This document shows, piece after piece, positions 1 through 6,652 of a stretch of 36,932 nt of DNA. A program made the position numbers and the translations under genes. Each line of letters opens with the position of its first letter. Position 1 is the stretch's first letter. The DNA comes from a bacterium (GTDB taxonomy: Bacteria > Bacillota > Clostridia > Christensenellales > CAG-138): the NCBI GenBank assembly GCA_963608365.1, contig CAVDFM010000002.1:1-36932 (forward strand). The letters run 5' to 3'. The notes beneath the pieces were generated by a model that was not told where the DNA came from, ran no database searches, and was given only the letters and a program-made list of their open reading frames with translations.

Positions 1-11
1 CGCAAGATTTC

Positions 12-85
12 ATCGTCCCTGCCATCGTCCCTGAAAAAACCCAGGCAAATAGCGGCTTAGGGACGATAGGGACGCAAGGGACGAT
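12..85. repeat. Inverted set of ATCGTCCCT repeats at the window edge
   Basis: ATCGTCCCT occurs at 12-20 and 24-32. Its complement AGGGACGAT occurs at 59-67 and 77-85, with a truncated GGGACG at 69-74. Together these could form a long imperfect hairpin just downstream of the minus-strand phosphoesterase gene. No T-run follows on the minus strand. Confidence 0.6.
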
Positions 86-118
86 AGTGTGCGAAAGAGG
101 TTAGGGTAACTTAACCCA

Positions 119-589
119 TTACAGCGCAACTATGCTTGCCACGGCGCTGCCGTTTTCTATTTCAAGCTTGGCGAAGCTTTTGCGCCTGCCGCGGCGCGGC
201 ACGCTGGGGCTGCCGGGGCAGACTATCTGCACCCCGCCCGCGTACTCTATTTCCGAAACGTGCGTATGCCCGTACAGGGCAACGGCGCAGTCCAGCTCCT
301 GCGCGCGGAGCATAAGGCGGTAGCTGTTCAGCGCAATGGCATAGGCGTGGCCGTGCGTCATGAATATGCGCACCCCGCCGAGCGTTATCACCTGCTCCTC
401 GGCAATGTCCCCCGCGTCGCAGTTGCCCTTAACGGTGTATACCGGCTTTCCGCTGTGTTCACGCAGCCAGTTCGCCTCGCGCTGTCCGTCGCCAAGGAAC
501 GCCCAAGCGTCGGCATTGGGAAGGGCCGCATAAACGCGCTTCACCGCGTCCGTATCGCCGTGCGTGTCGCTCAATATTCCCAGTATCAT
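119..589 (-). CDS. YfcE/MJ0936-family metallophosphoesterase
   Basis: 156-aa ORF with the calcineurin-like motifs MILGILSDTHGD, GNCD, MTHGH and YGHTHV. Its start overlaps the rdgB stop (ATGA). Confidence 0.85.
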   Translation of the reverse strand: MILGILSDTHGDTDAVKRVYAALPNADAWAFLGDGQREANWLREHSGKPVYTVKGNCDAGDIAEEQVITLGGVRIFMTHGHAYAIALNSYRLMLRAQELDCAVALYGHTHVSEIEYAGGVQIVCPGSPSVPRRGRRKSFAKLEIENGSAVASIVAL

Positions 590-1185
590 GCCTGCTTCTC
601 CGCCTCAAGCGCGGCCTTGAGCGCCTCCAGCGCCCTTTTGCGGTGGCTTATGGCGTTTTTGCTCTCCGCGCTCATCTGCGCAAAGGAAAGCCCCGCGGGA
701 GCATAGAAGAACAGCGGGTCATACCCGAAGCCGTTCTCCCCCTGCGGAGCGTAAAGTATGCTGCCTTCCACCGCGCCGCGGCAAACTATCGGCTCCATGC
801 CGCGCCGTGCCAATGCAACCGCGCTCACGAAGCGCGCCGTGCGCTTTTCTTCGGGAACGGAGCGCATCATGTCCATAAGCTTTGCGTTGTTGGCTGCGTC
901 GTCGTGGCCTTCCCCGGCGAAGCGCGCGCTGTATACGCCCGGCGCACCGTCAAGCGCATCCACCATAAGCCCGCTGTCGTCGCTCAGCGCCGCGTCCGCA
1001 TCGGCAATTTTAAGCACCTCCTGCGCCTTTTTAAGCGCGTTCTGCTCAAATGTTTCGCCGTCCTCCTCAACGTCTATGGCGATGCCCGCCTCTTTAAGCG
1101 AAAGTATCTCGCTGAAATAATCGCCCAGAATCTCCTTTATTTCGCGTACCTTGTGCGCGTTGTTCGATGCTATTATCAGCCGCAT
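586..1185 (-). CDS. rdgB: Non-canonical purine NTP pyrophosphatase (RdgB/HAM1 family)
   Basis: 199-aa ORF. MRLIIASNNAHKVREIKEIL at the N-terminus and FGYDPLF near the C-terminus are typical of RdgB. It sits upstream of the phosphoesterase, as in the Bacillus ysnA-ysnB pair. Confidence 0.9.
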   Translation of the reverse strand: MRLIIASNNAHKVREIKEILGDYFSEILSLKEAGIAIDVEEDGETFEQNALKKAQEVLKIADADAALSDDSGLMVDALDGAPGVYSARFAGEGHDDAANNAKLMDMMRSVPEEKRTARFVSAVALARRGMEPIVCRGAVEGSILYAPQGENGFGYDPLFFYAPAGLSFAQMSAESKNAISHRKRALEALKAALEAEKQA

Positions 1186-1212
1186 TCGTCCTTCTCCTTT
1201 GTGCAGTAATAT

Positions 1213-2160
1213 TTATTGAAACGTGTTTGCGTAAACAGGAGCGGTGCATTCGCGCGTAAGCTCGCACTCCTTGCCCTCCACAAGCACCTTCAGTTCGTTT
1301 ATATCCTCAATGGCGTTGGCGGTGAGGAAAAGCGTATCGAACGCCGCCTCCGCCATGCCCTCAGTATATTGGGCGGAAAGGAACTCCCCGCTCAGGTTGA
1401 CCGTTGCCGTCCCGCCGTATATATCCGCGCTTATAAGGCGCGTACCTTCGGGAAAGCTGTTCATCAGCGCCGCATCCTCCGGCCCCGCAATAAGCTGCTC
1501 CACCGCCGCCGCGAACCCATGCCCCGCGCAGTACCGCGTAACGGGCACGTTAAGGCTTGCCGCGTTGTTTGCAAAATACAGCGTCATAGGCTCCATACCG
1601 TCTGCCGATGCGCTCACGTCCCCATCCTCGGCGTTCAGCATAAAGGGGGTCATGGCCTCGCTCAGCTTTGTTCCGCAGGGAAGCTTAGTCACCTTTTCGC
1701 CGTTGAGGGTTATCGTCACCGCGTCTATCGTGGGGAACTCGGCAAGGCTGTTCACTATGCTTGTTACCATCGCCCGCTCGCTTGCCCCGTCCGCGAATGC
1801 GCTAAGCGAACTTATGTCTATCGTAGCCACACCGTCGCGTATCCTTAACGTATACTCCACCCCGTCCGGTATGGTCGCGTTCAGCCCGCGGGAGCGCGCC
1901 TCCGCGCGGTTTTCCGCCGTGTCCACCAAATTGCCTATCGCCGCGCGGCCTATGCCTTCCTCCCACGGGATAAGCTTCATAACAGGCACTATGAACCCAT
2001 CGTCATCCTTATAATAAAGCACCGTGCGCCGCATTCCGGCCTCGCTTGCGGGGTCATCATACATGCCCGCGTCCGTAGCTACGTCCTTTGCGCAGCCGCA
2101 CATTATCAAAACCATGCCGCATATTATCATGGCTGCTGCCACAGATATGCGTAATTTCAT
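1213..2160 (-). CDS. gerM: GerMN-domain sporulation/germination lipoprotein
   Basis: 315-aa ORF with a signal peptide and lipobox (LIMCGC). It has two GerMN-like halves (VLYYKDDDGFIVPV...; TLYFANN...LIAGPEDAALMNSFPEGTRL...VNLSGEF). GGAGGG RBS at about 2168-2173. Confidence 0.75.
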   Translation of the reverse strand: MKLRISVAAAMIICGMVLIMCGCAKDVATDAGMYDDPASEAGMRRTVLYYKDDDGFIVPVMKLIPWEEGIGRAAIGNLVDTAENRAEARSRGLNATIPDGVEYTLRIRDGVATIDISSLSAFADGASERAMVTSIVNSLAEFPTIDAVTITLNGEKVTKLPCGTKLSEAMTPFMLNAEDGDVSASADGMEPMTLYFANNAASLNVPVTRYCAGHGFAAAVEQLIAGPEDAALMNSFPEGTRLISADIYGGTATVNLSGEFLSAQYTEGMAEAAFDTLFLTANAIEDINELKVLVEGKECELTRECTAPVYANTFQ

Positions 2161-2242
2161 ATTTTCCGCCCTCCGTTCGCGTTTTTACCTATTGTTATTC
2201 AAACGGAGCGGGAAGTATGCGGGCAATGCTCGTATCGCTTCC

Positions 2243-2377
2243 GCCTTTAACTCCCTCAGTCTCGCCTACGGCTCGCCAGCTCCCTCTAAGAGGGAGCCTT
2301 TTGGGCGGCATCTAAACTCTTACGTTAAGCCTGCCCTGAAAGGGGAGGTGGATGCGAGCAAAGCGAGCAGACGGAGG
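2243..2377 (+). repeat. Multi-hairpin interspersed repeat, copy m1 (full length)
   Basis: Contains CCCTCAGTC, then the hairpin GCTCCCT-CTAAG-AGGGAGC (2279-2297) followed by CTTTTGGGCGG. A second hairpin lies at 2330-2348, followed by the tail GATGCGAGCAAAGCGAGCAGACGGAGG. The reverse complement of 3884-4017 matches it in identical blocks of 20, 28, 16 and 30 nt. Confidence 0.85.
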
Positions 2378-2407
2378 GGTTGCATTGAAGCTGCTCTTGT
2401 TTGCGTC

Positions 2408-2537
2408 AACCCCTCAGTCACGGCTTACACCGTGCCAGCTCCCCGTCCGGGGAGCCTTTTGGGCGGTATCTAAACTCTTACATTAAGCCTCCCTCCTTGA
2501 GGGAGGTGTCAATGAGCGTCAGCGAATTGACGGAAGG
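2408..2537 (+). repeat. Multi-hairpin interspersed repeat, copy m2 (full length, diverged)
   Basis: Same module order as m1. It has CCCTCAGTC, hairpin CACGG-CTTACA-CCGTG, hairpin GCTCCCC-GTCC-GGGGAGC (2438-2455) followed by CTTTTGGGCGG, hairpin CCTCCCTC-CTT-GAGGGAGG (2488-2506), and a tail ending GACGGAAGG. Confidence 0.8.
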
Positions 2538-2610
2538 AGTTATTTTTTATAATACCACAGTTTTGCCCTGCTGTCATTGCCAAGCCGCACTTTCCCTTGC
2601 CGCATATGCA

Positions 2611-2619
2611 TGTTATAAT
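2611..2619 (+). promoter_or_regulatory. Candidate extended -10 promoter (TGtTATAAT) for the lipoprotein gene
   Basis: TGTTATAAT at 2611-2619, about 65 nt upstream of ATG 2686. No good -35 element. Confidence 0.35.
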
Positions 2620-2685
2620 GCAATAAGGGATGATAACCTGACAGCCGGGGCCGCTGCGCATCCGGCGGAAAGAGGAGGAGAGACT

Positions 2686-3165
2686 ATGAAACGATGGAGA
2701 AACCTTTTGTGCATGGCAATGGCTGCTGCGCTGTGCATCAGCCTTGCCGCCTGCGGCGGTACTAATGACGCAATGGGGGACGACTGGCGCGCAAGCGGGG
2801 ACGTTGCTGCCAGCGGCACAATAACCCACGACGGGGAAAGCGTGGACGTGCTGGTGACCATAAGCCCGAGCAGCGCGGCCTTTTACCGGGACATTGCGGA
2901 GCAGGTGCTGTTCGACAGCGTATCCTTCCCCATGAACATTGCGGACGCGGAGCAGGCGTTTAACGCCATTTCCTTCGACGATATGGATGGCGACGGGGAA
3001 AGCGACGTGCTTGTAAGCTTCATACATGAAAACGGGGACGAGACCGAGCTTATATGGATATGGGACCCCGTGGAGCGCTATGTTTACCGCGAGGATCTTT
3101 CAACCGTTCCCGGCGAAGAAGAAACCTTCTTCCCGAACTATGACGAGCAGACCGAAGAACCGTAG
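2686..3165 (+). CDS. Hypothetical lipoprotein with a DxDGDG calcium-binding-like motif
   Basis: I chose ATG 2686 because of the AGGAGGAG RBS at 2672-2679. It has a signal peptide and lipobox (MKRWRNLLCMAMAAALCISLAACGG) and the motif FDDMDGDGESDVLV. The longer ORF-track start at 2401 runs through the repeat elements and is rejected. Confidence 0.6.
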   Translation: MKRWRNLLCMAMAAALCISLAACGGTNDAMGDDWRASGDVAASGTITHDGESVDVLVTISPSSAAFYRDIAEQVLFDSVSFPMNIADAEQAFNAISFDDMDGDGESDVLVSFIHENGDETELIWIWDPVERYVYREDLSTVPGEEETFFPNYDEQTEEP

Positions 3166-3186
3166 TTTACCGCAAACGGGCTTGAG

Positions 3187-3777
3187 ATGAACGCCGCGGT
3201 GGAGATGGGCACGTTTTTGCTTGAGGACGGCATATGCACATACACCGGCCTTGGCGACGGCTATGCTACTGGCGACTGCTACTGGGAAATAGTGAAGCAC
3301 TATGACTATATCCACGACGGCATACGTGAACTTCAGTTCGACGCAATATGCTACATTCCCGACGACTCCATACCGTATTACGACCAGCAGTATATTACCA
3401 GCACGGACAGCGAGCTTTATGATTTCTATACCGGCATGTGGCTCACCGCCGCCACAGCTTACGGCGACAGCAGCCGCGGGGATAATTATTATATCCACAG
3501 CGTTGAGTGGGATGGGACGGAATACCCTATAGAGTTCGCCTACTCCACCGATTGGCAGTACAATGTTGACGATTGGGCGCAGGTGCTGACCAAGAGTTAC
3601 GTTGTATATATTCCCGAAGACTACTACGGCCTTGTTTTTGCAGCGGAATCCCAACCGGATAACTACCGCGACAGCGCGAAGCGTATGCAGCTTGACAGCA
3701 TCGCTCCCGAGGCCGCAATAATGGACATCGATACGCTGTATCCTTACAGCAATCTTTATTTCAGCCTTTGCTATTGA
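3187..3777 (+). CDS. Hypothetical Tyr/Asp-rich protein, possibly the C-terminal part of the upstream lipoprotein gene
   Basis: 196-aa ORF with no signal peptide and no recognisable RBS before ATG 3187. It is in the same frame as 2686-3165, and the only stop between them is TAG 3163-3165. Confidence 0.5.
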   Translation: MNAAVEMGTFLLEDGICTYTGLGDGYATGDCYWEIVKHYDYIHDGIRELQFDAICYIPDDSIPYYDQQYITSTDSELYDFYTGMWLTAATAYGDSSRGDNYYIHSVEWDGTEYPIEFAYSTDWQYNVDDWAQVLTKSYVVYIPEDYYGLVFAAESQPDNYRDSAKRMQLDSIAPEAAIMDIDTLYPYSNLYFSLCY

Positions 3778-3846
3778 GCCGAAAGAGGTTGAAAGGCGTA
3801 CCAAGCCTGCCGGAGACTGTTGGCCGGAAATTGTTACTTAAGAGAT

Positions 3847-3882
3847 GTAACCGTTACCTTAGCCTGGAACGGTTACTTTTTT
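3847..3882 (+). terminator. Rho-independent terminator of the 2686-3777 cassette
   Basis: Perfect 9-bp stem GTAACCGTT (3847-3855) / AACGGTTAC (3868-3876) with a 12-nt loop, followed by TTTTTT at 3877-3882. Confidence 0.75.
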
Positions 3883-3883
3883 A

Positions 3884-4017
3884 CTCCTTCCGTCTGCTCG
3901 CTTTGCTCGCATCCACCTCCCTCGACAGGGAGGCTTAACGTAAGAGCTTGGACATCGACCAAAAGGCTCCCTCTTAGAGGGAGCTGTCGAACGAAGTGAG
4001 ACTGAGGGAGTTAAAGG
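3884..4017 (-). repeat. Multi-hairpin interspersed repeat, copy m3 (full length, inverted relative to m1/m2)
   Basis: Its reverse complement reads CCTTTAACTCCCTCAGTCTC...CAGCTCCCTCTAAGAGGGAGCCTTTTGG...CTCTTACGTTAAGCCT...AGGTGGATGCGAGCAAAGCGAGCAGACGGA, which are the same blocks as m1. Hairpins at 3966-3984 and 3916-3933. Confidence 0.85.
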
Positions 4018-4066
4018 CTCCACCGCTTGCGGGGGAGCTGTCGGCGTAAGCCGACTGAGGGGGAAC
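4018..4066 (-). repeat. Multi-hairpin repeat, partial copy m4 (5' half only), abutting m3
   Basis: Its reverse complement reads CCCCCTCAGTCGGCTTACGCCGACAGCTCCCCCGCAAGCGGTGGAG. This gives the CCCTCAGTC box, a perfect hairpin GTCGGC-TTAC-GCCGAC, and an H1-like hairpin with one mismatch. Confidence 0.7.
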
Positions 4067-4172
4067 AACTCGCGGCACTTGGCAGCTTCGAGCCGTTCCC
4101 CTTTCGGCCACTCACATTCGTTCGTGTACACTTTCCCCGTAAACGGGGACAGCTTTTGGATAGTGGTAATAC

Positions 4173-4198
4173 AAAAAAGGCTCCCTTTAGCGGGAGCC
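4173..4198 (-). terminator. Rho-independent terminator of rqcH
   Basis: GGCTCCC (4179-4185) pairs with GGGAGCC (4192-4198). On the minus strand this is followed by TTTTTT (A-run 4173-4178). It lies 19 nt downstream of the rqcH stop. TTTT also follows on the plus strand, so it may act in both directions. Confidence 0.7.
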
Positions 4199-4216
4199 TT
4201 TTAGCGTTCCTTAACT

Positions 4217-5956
4217 TTATCGTTCCTTAATTCCTGCCACGGCTTCCTCGCTCGGGGTGACGTAGGCGGTTTTGTTGGTTGTGTATATCACCATGCCGGG
4301 CTTTGCGCCGGCGGGCTTTTTAACGTATTTTCGCGGCGTGTAGTCAACGGCCACGTTCTCCGAACCCCTTGCGCGGCTGTAATACGCCGCAAGCAGCGCC
4401 GCTTCTGTCATGGTGGCGGTGTCCTGCTCGGTCGCGCCCTTGACTATAACATGGCTGCCGGGTATGTTCTTGGTGTGCATCCATATGTCGCTTGGCGAAG
4501 CGAAGCGCAGCGTCAGTTCGTCGTTCTGGCGGTTGTTTTTGCCTACGTATATGTCCGCCCCAGTGGAGGATACAAAGTGCATGGGCTTTGACGCGGCAAG
4601 CTTCATCTTCTTCCTGCCGCCCTTGTCCCGCTTTATGTAGCCCTGGTCCTTCAGTTCCTCTATAAGCTCGCTCAGCTCGTTTTCCGCGGTGCATTTGGTC
4701 AAATTGTCAAGCTGGCCTTCAAGGTAGTCAAGTTCATTGAGCGTCTGCTCCCGCTGAACGATCGCCATGTCCCGCGCGGCCTTGAGCTTTTGATATTTTT
4801 TATAATACCGCTGCGCGTTTTCCCCGGGCGTAAGCTGCCTGTCCAGCGGAATGGCTATGCGCTCCACGGGGTCTGCATAATAGTTATCCACCGCCGCGGT
4901 GTCCGTTCCGCCTTTTAGCGAATGCAGATTTGCCGTGAGCAGTTCGCCGTAAAGGCGGCATTTTTCCATCTGCTCTTCGCTGTTGAGCGCGTCCGCGTAA
5001 AGGGCAAGCTTCTTTTCGCAGCGCTCAATGTTGTTTTGAAGAACCTTTCTTGCGCTTGCGCCGTGACGCTTGGCCCATTCGCGCCTGTCGCTGTTTATAT
5101 AAAGGCTGTCCAATGCCTCGCCGATGCTGTCGTACAGCTTAATGCCGCCGCCCGCTATTGCGAAGGGATACACCGCCTCCGTCTCGCCGAGGGCGTTGAG
5201 CACGGCGCTTGCTTTCTCTTTTCCCTGCGCCATGTCCGCATAGAATGCGGCAAGCCTTTCCGCAAGCTCCTCCCGCTCCGCTTCGCTTAGCTGAGTGCAC
5301 TCTGTTTTATCTGTATATCTTGCAACAAGCTGCGCCGCAACGGCGGGGGAGAGGCCGAAAAATGCATTGCTGAGCGCCTTTGCAATGCTCATGCCCACCA
5401 TGCACATAGCCATGGAAAAATCCCCGGCAGAGGCTTTTGAGGGGTCCTGCTTGTCCTGCGCGGGGGGCGCGGAATACTCAAGCCCCGGCATAACGAAGCG
5501 CACGCTGCTCATTCCAAGGCCAACGTGCTTTATCGCGTCCACTATAACGCCCTTTTCATTCACCAGAATTATGTTTGAATGCTTGCCCATCAGCTCGCAG
5601 TAAAGGGCAAATTCGCTCAGGTCGCCAAGGTCATTGTATGTTTCTATGCTTATTTTAAGCACTCTGTCCAGCCGCTCCTGCTCAAAGCGCACTATTTTGC
5701 CGCCCGCAATGCGCTTCCTCAGCAGCATGCAGAACATTGGCGCTTCGCTCGGGGCCTGCTTTTTAAGTTCCGTAAGCTGCACGCGGTTATCGGAAGCCGA
5801 TGCGTTTATAAGCAGCCTGTATGTTTGCCCAAGGCTGCGCACCATCAAAAGCAGCTCCTCTTTATCGGTCTGCTGAATTTTGTCTATCTTGCCGCCCGCA
5901 AGGCGCTTGTTCAGTTCGTTCATCGCGCTGTACAGGCTCAGTCCGTCCATGGACAT
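4217..5956 (-). CDS. rqcH: NFACT-family ribosome quality-control protein (RqcH / FbpA-like)
   Basis: 579-aa ORF. It has an NFACT-N-like N-terminus (MSMDGLSLYSAMNELNKRLAGGKIDKIQQ), a central coiled coil, and a C-terminal NFACT-R/DUF814-like block (ADIYVGKNNRQNDELTLRFASPSDIWMHTKNIPGSHVIVK). Confidence 0.85.
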   Translation of the reverse strand: MSMDGLSLYSAMNELNKRLAGGKIDKIQQTDKEELLLMVRSLGQTYRLLINASASDNRVQLTELKKQAPSEAPMFCMLLRKRIAGGKIVRFEQERLDRVLKISIETYNDLGDLSEFALYCELMGKHSNIILVNEKGVIVDAIKHVGLGMSSVRFVMPGLEYSAPPAQDKQDPSKASAGDFSMAMCMVGMSIAKALSNAFFGLSPAVAAQLVARYTDKTECTQLSEAEREELAERLAAFYADMAQGKEKASAVLNALGETEAVYPFAIAGGGIKLYDSIGEALDSLYINSDRREWAKRHGASARKVLQNNIERCEKKLALYADALNSEEQMEKCRLYGELLTANLHSLKGGTDTAAVDNYYADPVERIAIPLDRQLTPGENAQRYYKKYQKLKAARDMAIVQREQTLNELDYLEGQLDNLTKCTAENELSELIEELKDQGYIKRDKGGRKKMKLAASKPMHFVSSTGADIYVGKNNRQNDELTLRFASPSDIWMHTKNIPGSHVIVKGATEQDTATMTEAALLAAYYSRARGSENVAVDYTPRKYVKKPAGAKPGMVIYTTNKTAYVTPSEEAVAGIKER

Positions 5957-5991
5957 TTTGTATCATCTCCGTTCGTGCGGCATATGCGCGC

Positions 5992-6597
5992 CTATCGCCG
6001 CTCAAGCCTTGCAATGGACAGCTCATACGCGGTTTTTTCGTGCATTACGCCGTTTTCATTCTTTGTGTATTGGCGGCTTTGCAGCCTGCCCTCTATGCGC
6101 ACCCGCGCGCCTATGCAAAGTTCCTTTGCCGCGTGCGCCGCGCCGCCCCACGCTATGCAGGGTATGTAGTCCGCCTTTTTATAGTCGCGGTTCACGGCAA
6201 TGAGCATATCCGTTATCTCCCGCCCGAAGGGGGTCGTGCGGAACACGGTTTCGCGGCATATGCAGCCGGTGAGCGTAACGCTGTTCACATGGCCGCAGTC
6301 CGCCCGGCAGCATTCTATGCGCCGCGCAAACGGCCTAAGCAGGAGCCTGTTCACGCCGTCAATCTGGCGGTTGTAGGAGCGCAGTTCCCCGCTAAGCTCT
6401 ATCGTGTCCCCGATGCGGAAGCTTTTCATAAGCCTGCCCGGCACGGTTATGGGCAGCGTGTCCGCCGTGCCGCTCAGGCGCATTATCTCTATTTTGCCGA
6501 TATACAGCGTTTCGCCGTAGGCTTCATGCTCCGCCGTAAGCGGCTCAATAAGCCTGCCCCGCATAAACAGTCCGTTTTCATCCCGCGTGTAGCCCAT
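5992..6597 (-). CDS. Tandem OB-fold single-stranded-DNA-binding-like protein lacking the acidic C-terminal tip
   Basis: The C-terminal half fits the SSB OB pattern (VTLTGCICRETVFRTTPFGREITDMLIAVNRDYKKADYIPCIAWGGAAHAAKELCIGARVRIEGRLQSRQY). The N-terminal half looks like a second OB fold. I prefer ATG 6597, which has a GGAGAG RBS, over the ORF-track start at 6615, which has none. The protein ends ...ARLERR with no D/E-rich tail. Confidence 0.6.
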   Translation of the reverse strand: MGYTRDENGLFMRGRLIEPLTAEHEAYGETLYIGKIEIMRLSGTADTLPITVPGRLMKSFRIGDTIELSGELRSYNRQIDGVNRLLLRPFARRIECCRADCGHVNSVTLTGCICRETVFRTTPFGREITDMLIAVNRDYKKADYIPCIAWGGAAHAAKELCIGARVRIEGRLQSRQYTKNENGVMHEKTAYELSIARLERR

Positions 6598-6652
6598 ATC
6601 CACTCTCCATAGCATGTAATGATGCTATATGGATATGCCGCCGCCTGTCGGG

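Noticed and set aside
2024-2473. ORF-track models crossing the repeat regions: 2024-2473, 2088-2315, the 2401-2685 part of 2401-3165, 3859-4131 and 4027-4230
   Set aside because: Their translations (…SPAPSKREPFGRHLNSYVKP…) simply read through the hairpin repeats in whichever frame is open. They have no RBS, and the same peptide recurs only because the DNA repeat recurs.
3163-3165. TAG as a programmed pyrrolysine or reassigned codon
   Set aside because: No pyl genes are visible. TAG, TAA and TGA all terminate other well-defined genes in the window. Nonsense mutation or sequencing error is the more economical explanation.
2243-4066. The possibility that the repeats are a CRISPR array
   Set aside because: There are only four copies in two orientations, the units are about 130 bp long, the spacing is irregular, and there are no cas genes. 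This is not CRISPR architecture.
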